Origin: Blastocystis sp. subtype 4
Lineage: Eukaryota
DNA: 62,399 nt
Direction: 5' to 3'
NCBI RefSeq assembly: GCF_000743755.1
Contig: NW_014569521.1
Coordinates: 1-62,399 of the forward strand
Shown here: positions 13,607 to 25,851 of the stretch, piece by piece
How the letters are laid out: each line of letters opens with the position of its first letter
How positions within the stretch are numbered: position 1 is the stretch's first letter
Made by a program: the position numbers and the translations under genes
Notes under the pieces: generated by a model
The model's input: the letters and a program-made list of their open reading frames with translations, nothing else
Databases searched by the model: none
Told to the model about the DNA's origin: nothing

Positions 13607-13679
13607 TGACTATACCGAGGCTCGAACTCGGGATCTCTCGCGTGTCAGGCGAGCGTGTTAGCCACTGCACTATACAGTC
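13607..13679 (-). tRNA. tRNA-Val, anticodon GAC
   Basis: Cloverleaf: acceptor GACTGTA/TATAGTC, anticodon stem CTCGC/GCGAG around loop CTGACAC, T-arm CCGAG-TTCGAGC-CTCGG, discriminator A; 73 nt; downstream T-run. Confidence 0.95.
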
Positions 13680-13747
13680 ACCAGTAACAATTCTACTCTT
13701 CCATATTTCACATTTGCTTTCTATTCTTTTCACACCAACTCATAGCT

Positions 13748-14913
13748 ATGAAGATATTCACCTCATCAACACATAAAGCACTCCTAGATGAAGCCAAGTG
13801 CTACCTAGTGAATCTTCAGTATGATTGAACAAGAAACTATGATCTTTAGGAACAACACCATTGAGCGAACAATAGAATGTGACTCTGAAATCCTTAATGG
13901 CATATTTTCACAAAACAATGAATATATTGTCCTCACAACCGTTTTGAAAGCGATTGAAGTATTTCAAATAGTATCAGGACAAAAGATGGCTTCATTGTGA
14001 TTCTAATAGTCATTATCTAATATATAGAAAGATGGAGAAGAAGTGTTCTGCATTGATTACACGCGAAAACAAAGGAATCGAATATGTAATTGTGGGAGAT
14101 AAAGTCGGGGACATAGTGGCATTTGATCTTCCCACTTTGAGTAAGAAGACTTTCCTCGTTGGTCATTGTGCAACAGTGATCACGGATCTTACATTTGTTG
14201 GAGACTATTTAGCTTCAAGTGATCGTGATGAAAAGATCTTTGTGTGCAAATTCCCCCAAACATTCAACATTCAATCTATTTGTGTTGGTCATAAGCAGTT
14301 CGTTAGTTGCATATGTTCCGTTGGTACCCATCTTCTCTCAGGAAGTGCCGATGGAACAATCCGCATATGGGAAGTGGAATCGGGAAAATGCTTGTATCAG
14401 TGGTTCTTAGATGAAGTTTTGGTTCGTGATATTTTATTTAGTCCATTGTAGAATATTGAAAGTGAAGAAGAGACGATTCTCATTCCTCATCAGCTCTTTT
14501 CGTACAGTGCAACTATTTGTATGGCAATTGTTGAAGACAATCCAAAATTAATCGTTTTGGATACAGCTAATTTCGAGAAATCGTTCTGTTATACCTTTGA
14601 TTCGATTCCAGTGAGTATCACTCGAGAGAATAATAAAGTCATTATAATGACCCAGAATCTTCGATTTTATGAGGTTCAGAATGTCAAGGATTCGATTGTG
14701 GTTACAGAACAGGAATCCAGTCTTTCTTCTCAGTTGCAAGCGAACCATTGTCAGGATAGGTGGTTAAGGTTATAGTTAGATGTATATAAAAAATCTACAG
14801 ATGAAGAGGAATCCGGTGAGCTGTTTAAGCGTACTGTGAAGAATCGATTGACTACGAGTATGGGTCTGGAAAAGCAATTTGAACATAATAAGAAACACAA
14901 GAAGTGTGAGTAA
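13748..14913 (+). CDS. WDR4: tRNA m7G46 methyltransferase WD40 subunit (Trm82/WDR4)
   Basis: VGDKVGDI, LVGHCATVITD, SSDRDEKIFVCKFP and IQSICVGHKQFVS are characteristic Trm82/WDR4 motifs. Confidence 0.88.
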
Positions 14914-14955
14914 TCCTTTATCGTTTTGTTTGTTGAAGAGTCATTTTCTTTTTTG

Positions 14956-16708
14956 ATGGGTGCTAGTAATAAGCAAGTAATTGTTGGCTCTGTTGTGGTT
15001 GTTGCTCTTGCCATTTCCATTGCCTATATGTCGATAACAAAGCCTGTTGACAAAGAAGCCATTACTGAAGAAGTTCCTGAAGTATTTGTATTTAATGAAA
15101 CAGTATCCTCTTTTGAATAGGATTTATCCACGTAGATTAACAAAATGCTTTCTTCGAAGGCAAACTATGATTATGGCAATGATGACGTAGATTTAGATGT
15201 AGAAAGTTCATCAAATAGGTTTCAATTCCTCCTACATGTAAGATTATTCATACCGAGACCGTACAACGTCATGGTGCTCGTCATTTGAACAAAGAATCAA
15301 AAATCAACAAGATCATTTCGTTTTTCGAAGAGCTACGTAGTTGGTGGAGACATTTCTAATCCATAGAGGCCAATGGAACTTTGAAGAGTGATTTACCCCT
15401 TCAATGGTCTCGAAATCTCTTGGAAAAGGAAAGAAATAGTACAGGATCAATTTGCAAGACTGGTAAATTCGAGATTCGAGGAATTGCTCAACGACTTCGA
15501 AATCGTATTCATCTTGATGAGATCAAGGAGGGTGATATCATCGTTGAAAATACATACAAGAAGCGAACGCATCAAACGCGCGATGCATTCCTTGAAGCCC
15601 TACTACCTCATGACTATCCTCAGGAACAAATCCATTACATTAATTACACTAAATGTGAAGATGTGTTCGATAGTGAGGGTCATGTTAATCCGGAGGCCTT
15701 TGACAAGTATTCCTCGCTTCGTTTCTTCTCCATATGTCCTGTGAATCTGATCCAAATTGATGATATGTAGAAGTACAGTGAGTATAAGGCCACTCCGGAG
15801 CTAATTGGTGCAGTTGAGGAGAGTTTCTTTTACAATCCTGACATCGACCTTATCTCTGGAAATAACCGCATTTGGGACGAAGTGATGAATTCACCGAAAG
15901 ATGTGTCAACTGAAATAAAGGTTCAGGCTCTACGGAATCTGTATTTGATGTGTCAATTCGAGGTATCCTAAATTGTGTGTCATAACCAGCAGGCATCCTG
16001 CTACAACGACTATGAACATTCTTGTGAGCTTTTACTGCGAGAACCAAAGATTCTCAGTGAATTAGACTACGATGATGATATGCGATTGTATACCTTCAAA
16101 GGTGAAGGAAATCCACTGAATTGGCGTATGGCATGTCCTCTAGCCCGGTCACTTCTCCGCGGAATTGGAGCAAACTATCTTGCTCATGTCCCTGAGGGTG
16201 AAAAGAAAGAGGCATTTATTGCAACATATGGAGAATACTTTGATTTTGATAGAGAACCTATTTCACGGATTCATTTGCGATTTGGTCATGCTGAATCCAT
16301 TCTTCCTCTGTACTTCCTATTTGTAGAAATATAAGTGAACTCTGATTCTAGATTATGAAACCTCCTAGACTCCAGAGGAATCGAATGAGATTCTCAGGAA
16401 ATGATTTCATTCCCATGTCTGCGAATTTCCAACTTGATCTGTCTGTGTTGAAATGAATGTTTATGTGTAGAGTAGAGTGCGATGGTGAGTATTACGTTCA
16501 TTTCCTTGCGAATGAAGTTCCTATCAGATTGGATATGCCACCTCTCAATGATACGACGTAGGAATGAAGATCATGGATGAAATATAGGTTATTCAAGGCT
16601 TCGGATCTGATTTCACAGTGGGTTGACATTCTGAAGGCTAACGAGATGGAGAATTGTCTCTATGATGATTGGAAAGGCATTTGCGGTGAGCCTGCTTGCA
16701 ACATTTAA
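14956..16708 (+). CDS. Histidine acid phosphatase, MINPP/phytase-like
   Basis: VQRHGARHL (RHGxR) near 15262-15288, LRFGHAESILP (HAE) and IPMSANFQ; N-terminal signal anchor; TAA followed 4 nt later by TGTTTGTT. Confidence 0.8.
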
Positions 16709-16753
16709 TTCCTGTTTGTTTGATAAGAAAGACATATAGACACTTTCATCAAG

Positions 16754-17163
16754 ATGCATCTTGCTTATGTCCTCCTTTCAATCACTGTGGTATTTCTCAT
16801 CCTCTACTTGGTTCTGGGAAGGTACATAAAGGCGTGGCTCAACAAACGACGTCGTTTATCCAAACTGCATCAGGTGGATCCATTTCGAACAGCTATTTAT
16901 TGTAGAGTCTCAGTGACCTTGAGAAACGAAAAGAAGATCTCATTTCGCTTTCCACTTGGGCAGAAGTATCTTCGTTATCTCAACTTGATGATTAGGAACG
17001 TGGAGATAAACGAGAAGCAAGAATGATCGAGAGTGATCTGAAAACTGTGGATCAGGTTGGTAAAAATGGATGCAATTACCCATAGGATATTGAAAACGTG
17101 AAACTAACGATTGAATCAGTTACACAATTGTCAATCCTTCATCCAGGATATGAGTCTCTTTAG
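16754..17163 (+). CDS. Small hypothetical protein with N-terminal transmembrane helix
   Basis: MHLAYVLLSITVVFLILYLVLG followed by a basic stretch; later exon structure uncertain. Confidence 0.4.
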
Positions 17164-17411
17164 GTTCTCTTTTCTGTACAAATGGACGTAATAAATGATT
17201 TGTTGTATTGATCATTGGATATACTGTATGTTTTAACAAGCAAGTGCAAAGACTCAATAAATGTCGTTTAGTATTAATCTCTAAGAAATTCAGAAGAATA
17301 GAACAGCAAATTGCAAAATAATTGCCAGTAAACACAAATAAAAAAGGTGTTGCATCCGCCTAAACTTGTGCTGGAGAATCTTCATTATTCCCGTGAAAGG
17401 GGTTCTTTTCA

Positions 17412-18887
17412 ATGCATGTATCCAAAAGAACTATGTCCTCTATCTCTCCTGAGCCAAATTCCACAATATCTGCAGTGGATAACTCTGCTGCAGATATTGA
17501 AAAGATTGCACCTATTACTGCAGACCTTAACTCTATACAGTCCCAAAAGGCTGATGAAGAGAAGTCTCAGGCTGTTAAAAACGAATGGGAAAACGTTCAG
17601 ACGTTTCACGACGCTTCTTTCAACAGTACGGTCATCAATATTGTGAACACGGTGATTGGTGCCGGAATTCTGTCGATGGGTTACTGTATCCGTCAGGGAG
17701 GTCTCCTTGGATCTGTTGTATTGATATTAATTGTTCTAGTTCCATCACTGATCACAGTCGACTATTGTTCTGTAGCTTCTATGTATACTGGTTGTGGAGT
17801 ATATGGTCAGCTTGGTGGAAAACTGTTCAACAAGGGAGTTGGTACTTTAGTTGACATCTTTGTTGTGCTTCTAACTCTCGGAGTGACTACTGCATACATG
17901 AGTATCTTATTTGAGCAACTGAGCGATACGTTGATCGACTATTGTAAGGTCAGTGAAGAGTTCATGAATACAAATCGTTGGGTATTTGTTTACTATTGAG
18001 ATAATTCCTAGTGGATTAACTTATTAATATCCATCTTCATATTATTCCCTCTATCATCCATCAAGAACATGGATACTCTGCGCTTCACTAGTGCAATTGC
18101 CCTGATGTGTATTGTTATCTTTGTGATTGCCTGTTTCTATTTGGGTACCAAGTCTCTGATTGAAGAAGATTATACTTACAATATGTGGCCTGATTCAACT
18201 CAACATCTTGGTACAGCCTTCTCAGTCTTTGTTCTTAGCTTCTGTTGTCATACTAACATCCCGAAACTCTGTGATGAGATTCGTCATACCAGCACATCCA
18301 AGTTCTCAAGTAAGATTTCCAAAATGAATCGAAGTGGTGTTGTGTCATATATCATTTGTGCTTTGGCTTATCTCCTTGTGGGGTCTTTCGGATACTTTGC
18401 TTATGGAAATGATATCGATGGATCACTTTTGAAATCACTGCGTAATACTTCATATTGGTTCATTCCCGTGATTAAAATTGGTTATGGATTGAATGTAATG
18501 TTATCATATCCGTTGATTGCCTATGTCCCAACACTTACAATTGATTCAATGCTATTTAAGGGAGAGAGGACTACAGCGCGTCGTTTAGGAGTTGTTGGTG
18601 TATGGGTCCTGGTTACGTACATCATCTCTCAACTCATTCCCGAACTCATTAGCATCTTTTCAATTACTGGTTCGCTTTGTGGTTCGTTCATCAACTTTAT
18701 CTTCCCAGCTCTATTCTACATCAGAATTCATCATATCGAATCAAAGAAGCCTGTGGATCAACAGTTCAAATGGATGAAGTATTCCACTTGGAGTCTGGGA
18801 GTGGCTTGGTTTATTCTTGTTGCTGGTTGCTTTGTTTGCGTATGGGCAACCTATATGGAAGTAATGAATCTTAGCCAATCATCTTAA
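17412..18887 (+). CDS. Amino acid transporter (AAAP/SLC38-like)
   Basis: INIVNTVIGAGILSM, LRFTS, SFCCHTN, FGYFAYG and FIFPALFY; many transmembrane segments; one short intron near 17982-18010. Confidence 0.92.
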
Positions 18888-18981
18888 TATGTTTGTTCGG
18901 ATTCCATAGTACTCATTTCGTTTTGAATCATCCCATATTCATCATAAATGATCTTCTAGTGACCCTTTTGAAACAAACATA

Positions 18982-20448
18982 TTACACATTGGCAGGCCTA
19001 TGCCTATTCCTAACAAGAGCAGTGCTCATATAATTAGCAAAGACTTCAGGAGTGGATGCTTCTTGCATGAAAGGATGCATAAGCAACTCCTTCACTGTCG
19101 CCCGTTTTGAGACATCTTTCTCTAAAGCAAACTTCAGAAATGACTTGAATTTGTTACTCCATCGACTTGGATCTATGAGTTGTGGAGCAGGTGCACTATG
19201 AATTTTCAAGAGTGCTTTTAGAGGAGGATCATGGAAGTAAGGAGGTTCTCCTTGAGCCATCTCAAGAGCAGTGATACCTGCACTCCAAACATCCACTGCC
19301 ACTCCATATCCAACACCTTGGATCAGCTCAGGAGCCATCCAAAATGGTGTTCCAACAACAGATTTCCTTTGATCTGTCTATACTTCAAATCCGCCAAAGA
19401 ACATTACATCTTGTAGTAAATGAACTGCAAATCCAAAATCAGCCAACTTTACGTGACCTTGAGAGTCCAAAAGGATATTATCACTCTTTATATCTTTGCA
19501 TCAAAAATACCTCTAAAGTGTACCTCGATGAATTCGGTTCTGCGAATGCAAGGCATCTAATGCTAGTAAGAGACATCTACATACATAAGCAATGTGAGGT
19601 TCTGGCATCGGATACTCGGTTGAAACAATTTCAGCCAAAGAACCACGATCCATATACTCCATCACAATCTACTCTAAAAACACAAGAACCAATTCTACGT
19701 AGATTCGTTTCTTCCAGCGGAAACATTCATGAAGTGTAACAATACATGGATGATGACTTTGACTCTGAAGTTCAATTTCATGTTGGATGTATTTGTAATT
19801 ATCTTCACTACAGACCTTAATGGCTACTAACTTCCCTGTTAGACGTTGAGTAGCCTTATAAACAGAACTATAACCTCCTTCTCCTAAACGCTGATTCAAT
19901 CCCACATAGGAAAGAGAGGGATCCTTGTCTTGGAGTAAGACCTCGTCACAATAAGGCTCAGACAACGAAACACGAGGAATACTATCTAACCGATTGTCCA
20001 CTCCATTAAAGTGGAACCGCAGTACATCAAGAAGTGCCGATCCATTCTGCAACATCTCTTCCTTTGTGATATTCGCTGCTTTCAATACCTCCTCCCATTC
20101 TCGTGGAATACCAGATAAACCTATGTCAACACACAAAAATCGAACATACCCGTTGGAGCATTAACGTCAACAACCATATGATTGATAACTCGTACATTGA
20201 CAGGTTTGGAGATCTCAGGTTCTACAACTTATCAACAATTCAATTCTTTACCCTTCTTCTTTTTCAAACTATCCTTCCATTTTGAGATAAGACCCTGTTT
20301 CTTGGGAGATACCTCTCCAACCTCTTTCTACATTCTTATTCCTTGAAGAAACTATTACATTCGGTGAGCTTCGAGCAATCCCTTCTTCTCGGGCATTCCT
20401 TGGGGATCCAGTTTCCTCCGAAGACCGAGTAGGATTTTTATTCGGCAT
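18982..20448 (-). CDS. PAK/STE20-family kinase with CRIB-like domain
   Basis: EISKP...GLSGIPREW (CRIB-like), LGEGGYSSV, VAIK, HRDIKSDNILL (spliced), DFG and GTPFWMAPE; start codon uncertain. Confidence 0.88.
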
Positions 20449-20560
20449 GCAAACCACTATTCGAATATGAGAAACTACCTTAGAGGGAGCGGAATTACTC
20501 TTTTATGGTGGCAGTTGCCTGTCAAATTCCACCTTTTGTGTTTTCAAACAGACATTCATT

Positions 20561-22667
20561 CTATTGTTCTTTTTTCAAATCTGGAGTCTCACTGTATGCT
20601 TCATCATAATAGGAGACTTTCTCGTGCATCGTCTTTAAATCATGTTCTTCTGTCCGATATGCATAATCTTGCATACTAATCAGGTGAACATTATCTTTAG
20701 GCATTTTAAAAGATGAAAGGAATCGCAAACATTCCTCTTTTGATAAAAGTGGTGGATTGACATCATTGGAGTGAATATGGATCATATCTGTCATCACTGA
20801 AGTTACACCAAGAGATAACATACTGTCCAGCATCTTCTACCATGTTAACATCATATCAAACTTACGTAATAGAATCGAATATCTTTATTTGCATAAACTG
20901 GAACCAATTTCTCCACTTCCTTGTTCACTTCTAGAGATTACTTTCTTTCATCACATTAACCTTCAATATATCCAATCTCTTTCGCTTTAAACGCTTTAGT
21001 TATATAGTCAAGCATGTTTGTCACCGCCAAACGATAGCTGAAACACCACTACTCATTACATTCCTTCTTCTTCCTCACTTTCTTCACCTCCTCACTGATT
21101 CCAGCCAACTGGTTTATCCCTTCTCGTAGACTAGGTTCAATTGCTGTGTATCGAAGATCTTCCCACACCATCAATGATTCCACTTGTAGCATTACTGTAG
21201 GCAAGATGAAACCAAATTGAAAACTATCAGGATCAGGTAATGGAACATGTCCTTCAGGCTATTCATCAGATTCATGATTAATGAAAACCAAGTCTTTGAC
21301 AGAAGGACGGATCTTCTTTCGATATACATCTTCCATATAACGACATATTTCAAATGATTCTTTCATATCTGTTAACAGGTTCTATTGTAAAGATTCAATC
21401 TAATTCTAACTGTCTGATCAATAGGTTGAAAATCAAGGAGTCGAACTGGTCTCTGATCTTGGTATCCCTCAAAACAACGATCAGCAAACACTGCTAAGTC
21501 ACATTGCTTCATCACATCCAACAACTACAAATCACACAATTCTCCAATTAGTACTGTCATTGATGTATCTGGAGAGGTTTTCATGTACTCTGCCAACAAA
21601 TCCAAATAATCCGGTTTCACGGGAACTGTTGCCATTGTTGCTTCTGAGATGTTCAGTGGTACTTGAATACCAATAAGTTTATCCATCAATCCAACGTCAT
21701 TTACCATCTATTCTAGATTCAAACCATGGTCCATACTCGCATTAGTGTGACAAAACTGAATGAGAATTGAGAGACATCAACAAACTCGTTGGTTTTCTTC
21801 TTACCATTCATCGGATTGAATCCTTCCGCAGTAAATGGGAAGGTTCCTCCCAACGTCAGATATTTTATCCGACCTGATGTGATCTCTGACTAAATCATCC
21901 TCATCCGATTATGACTCCTACGCGAATATGATACAAGGCTATGGCTAATTGAGATTCCGTAATAAACGGAGGAATCTCCAATGTCAACATATCAAGTACA
22001 TCCACCCCCATTTGATTGAGTGACAAATCAACCATTTTCTGCAACTGTTGAGGAGAATAGGCATGACCATTTCGTTGATGAGAGTAGATCTAGGGTTTGT
22101 CACGATCAACTATCTGTACTTTTGATGAAATAACCACTGATCCACGATCGATCTCATCTGCTGTTAACAACCCATGCAACATTCCATGAGGATGAATAAA
22201 TCCTGCTGGGTTTCTATACATCATTTGACATGAGCTAATAGCTACCCCTGATAATTCTCATCCATAAACTCCTCTCCTATGGTTATCTAACTCTCAGAAA
22301 TCGAATTAGCGATTACCTGAATCAGATTTGTTCCAAATCGGCAAGCACGCTGCATCTCTCCACTCCAATCATCATTATGAACACGACTTCCGCCCCGACT
22401 ATAACTCAAAGCAGAAACTTCCCATCCAGTTCTTGTAGATCATTATAAAACACCTATATCCTACTTAGGAACCGTATTCACGAGTCTCTTCTTCAAATAG
22501 TGAGATTTTGCAAGAATCGTTTTCTCTGCAGTTGCTTCTCCTTTTAGCACAGGCCACTGATTCGCTCGGATTGTCTTAATATCCTCCCATCCCAGATTAT
22601 TGCTTTCTGTTCGAATCAGCCGTCGTAGACATGATTGGATGGGTCTGACTCGAAAAGCACGCAGCAT
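20561..22667 (-). CDS. Organelle-targeted hypothetical protein, possibly aldo-keto-reductase-like fold
   Basis: Arg-rich presequence-like MLRAFRVRPIQSCLRRLIR; many short exons; VVISSK, HAYSP..SLNQMGVDVLD, GRIKYL and IQVPLN are reminiscent of AKR folds. Confidence 0.5.
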
Positions 22668-22947
22668 TTGCAGTGGAGAGAAATAAGTCAGAGTTCATAT
22701 AACTCCGGAAATAGTCTCAATTTCGTCGATTTCCCTTGTCTCACGAATCAAAATGGATATCTCTCAACAAACACTACGAGGACCAAGTGCTCTGCAACCA
22801 ATATAGATATCATTCGTGTCCTGAAAATCAAACAACAGAAATCGAACTATTCTACTTGATTATTCCATACAGAGATGCTGAAATAATCCTTCCATACGGA
22901 TCCAATTCTTATTCTTTATTTGTTTGTTTATCCCACTTCGTTGTAAT

Positions 22948-23670
22948 ATGTGGAAATGGAATAAATTCTTCGTGTCTTTGCGACGTTGGTATTGGCGAAG
23001 TGATACACGAAATCGGGATATCGAAGTATTGTTTGAGACGCAGAGTAATTAATAGATGGCATTGTCGACAGGAAATGACGATAGTTTCTTTACAATCATT
23101 CAAAAAGGAGTTGATATTGTATCCTACCGGTATAACGATCTCACTCTATTGCACCTTGCATGCAAATATGGAAGATTCAATGTTGTCAAATATCTTATTG
23201 ATCATCGTAGGGATTCAGATACCCAGTAATTTGTAGAATGTGACATAAGTGCAGAAGATGGAAACGGAAACACTCCGCTTCATTATGCTTGTGAGAGTTG
23301 TTCTTATGATTGTATTCTTTATATTCTGAGTATTCGTAATTGTCTGGTTCTTATCTAGCAATCAACCCATTTCTGGGACAAAAATGCAACAATGTTGGGA
23401 TTCTTCCGTTATCTCTTATCAAGGATATGAATTTCCGAGATCAAGTAGAAGGATTTGTATTCCAGGGAAAGAGGTTAAGTCCAATGTGTTTACCTACTGT
23501 ACCTCTATCTTCATCAGAACAAATTATCACTTCTATCGAGGAGTCAAAGGTTTTCGATCCACATAATCCAATGTATCTCCCTGTTGGGACTCCTACGAGA
23601 TTGTGATTCTCTGATTGATGATAGAGTTTCGCTGTGTATTTTATGTATCATAGTTTAATATCTTGCAAAA
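22948..23670 (+). CDS. Ankyrin-repeat protein
   Basis: LTLLHLACKYGRFNVVKYLI and DGNGNTPLHYACE; 3' end approximate (TGTTTGTT near 23676). Confidence 0.7.
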
Positions 23671-23755
23671 CTGCCTGTTTGTTGGATGTATAAAAAACCA
23701 CCTACAAATGAGAAAAAACTACCTCTTAAGAAAGAGACAATTGAAGAGAACTAGG

Positions 23756-25150
23756 ATGGAAGAAGTTGAAGTTCCGAATCAAGTCGACTGGATTCAGGCC
23801 TATTATGAAGTACAAACCGGACTGAAGTTGACATGCTTAGAGAAGAATCGAAGATAAACAACGAGAAGCAAATGAAAAGCGCCAAGAGATGGAGAGACTA
23901 GAAAAACAGAGGAATCAACTAAACGAAGAGGGTATTTGTTGATGTGAAACCGTTTATCTGTAGTACGTAGTCTACAGGAAGAAGTTCGTCGACTCCTGAT
24001 GCCTTGTTGCTCGATTGCTCAAGTGATTCGTGTTGTAAAGATGGATGGAAAGAACAAGGCAATTGTGAAGGTATGGAAGTGGTTGTATTGAATGAATCTT
24101 CAGGATGGATTTATGGACTCAGAATGTGTTGTGGACATTGACGAGTCCATTCCAATTAACCAGTTAAAACCAAATGCACGTGTAGCTCTTCATGCACATT
24201 CTCAAAAGATTGTTAAGTTGATGCCTACAAAAGTGGATCCAATTGTTAGTCTTATGAAGGTTGAAAAGGTCCCTGATAGTACATACGATATGTGTGGAGG
24301 ATTGGACAAACAAATTGCCGAAGTGAAGGAAGTGATAGAATTGCCCTTCAAGCATCCAGAACTCTTTGAGGCCCTCGGAGTCCAACAACCAAAGGGTGTT
24401 CTGCTTTATGGTCCTCCTGGTACTGGAAAGACTCTTCTTGCTCGAGCTGTTGCCCATCATACAGATTGTTCTTTCATTCGACTGAGTGGATCCGAATTAG
24501 TTCAGAAGTACATTGGAGAAGGCGCTCGTATGGTTCGTGAACTTTTTGTGAGTGCCAGGTATATTTTGGGTGATTGATTGATGCCTAGAGAACATGAACC
24601 TTGTTTGATCTTTATGGATGAAATTGATAGTATTGGTAGTACTCGTACAGAAAGCGAGGGAGGCGAGAATGAAGTCCAACGAACAATGATGGAGTTGTTA
24701 AATCAGTTGGATGGTTTTGAACCTTCCAACCGAATCAAGATTATTATGGCTACAAATCGAATTGATATTCTGGATCCTGCTCTACTTCGACCTGGTCGTA
24801 TTGATCGCAAGATTGAATTCCCAAATCCTAATGAGGCTGTACGAAAGGAAGGTGTGAATTAGACCTAGGGACGTCTACAGATTCTTCAAATCCATAGCAG
24901 GAAGATGAACCTAATGCGAGGTATCGATCTGCGTAAAATTGCTGCTTCTCTTACGGATGCAAGTGGAGCTGAATGCAAAGTGAGAGGTTTGTAAAGACCT
25001 TTATTGTAGGCTGTATGTACAGAGGCTGGCATGTTCGCAATCCGTGAGAAACGAATGCATGTAACACAGGAAGATTTTGAGATGGCTGTAGCCAAAGTAA
25101 CAAAGAGAGAAGGGGATGCTAATACCTCTGTTCGTAAACTATGGAAGTAA
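23756..25150 (+). CDS. PSMC5: 26S proteasome AAA-ATPase subunit Rpt6
   Basis: [52 protein letters not shown]-terminus RKLWK*. Confidence 0.96.
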
Positions 25151-25180
25151 TCATCTGTTGTTTGATACAAGAAACAATCA

Positions 25181-25683
25181 TATAGAATAGTACATTTTTT
25201 TCTTGGTTCTTGTTCTGATTGCGTTATGATATCATACTCTAACCGCTGGATTGGAGACAATGAACACTCTGTAAACCAGTTCTGAAGCGATTTCGATCGC
25301 TCCACTAACACATCAACATACTGCTGAAATCGTTGGACTCGAACAATTAGATCTTTTCTTCTTTGTTTAATTGTACTATCCCCATAGGATAATACTCCAT
25401 CTAGTGAGAGGATTAAACGAGTACATCGTTCTCCCAACATTCCGCAATGATAGATATATGTGGAATAAAGTAATCGGGTTGAATAAACATAATCCAAATG
25501 TCTGTACAAAGAGAGGAGTTTGGTTATAACTGCTTTCTGGAGTAATTCATATCTCTGATCATCATTATTTCAAAGAAGAAGTACTTGTTCTAATAGTTCC
25601 TCATATTCTGTCATCAACGAAATAAAGTGACTTTCACTCTCATTAATTGTGAGAATGGATTGTAGTCGATCTTCTTCCGACAT
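25181..25683 (-). CDS. BAG-domain-like co-chaperone with predicted C-terminal CaaX box
   Basis: LGERCTRLILSLDGV..GDSTIKQRRKDLIVRVQ resembles BAG helices 2-3; ATG at 25683; predicted end RKKCTIL then TA+poly(A). Confidence 0.65.
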
Positions 25684-25729
25684 TTCGCTTACAATGCAAA
25701 ACAGCTAGACTTAAGCCCAAATGAGGTAC

Positions 25730-25779
25730 CCAAAATGCAATGCCCAAATAGGGTACCCTATTTGGGCATTGCATTTTGG
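25730..25779. repeat. Perfect 50-bp palindrome with no spacer
   Basis: CCAAAATGCAATGCCCAAATAGGGT|ACCCTATTTGGGCATTGCATTTTGG, checked base by base. Confidence 0.97.
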
Positions 25780-25851
25780 AGCATCTATTGTCTAGCTTTC
25801 AGTAAGATGCTGAGAGCACTCATATGAACTTTTATTCATTCTTTCTTTCAC

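Noticed and set aside
13607..14913. tRNA gene adjacent to WDR4/Trm82 as a functional cluster
   Set aside because: The variable loop AGATC puts A, not G, at position 46; the adjacency is probably coincidental
22736..22930. Possible small gene before the ankyrin gene (TGTTTGTT at 22921)
   Set aside because: No coherent spliced ORF or recognisable motif
24886..25180. Apparent long overlap of the BAG ORF with RPT6
   Set aside because: Better explained by a poly(A)-created stop at 25182-25181
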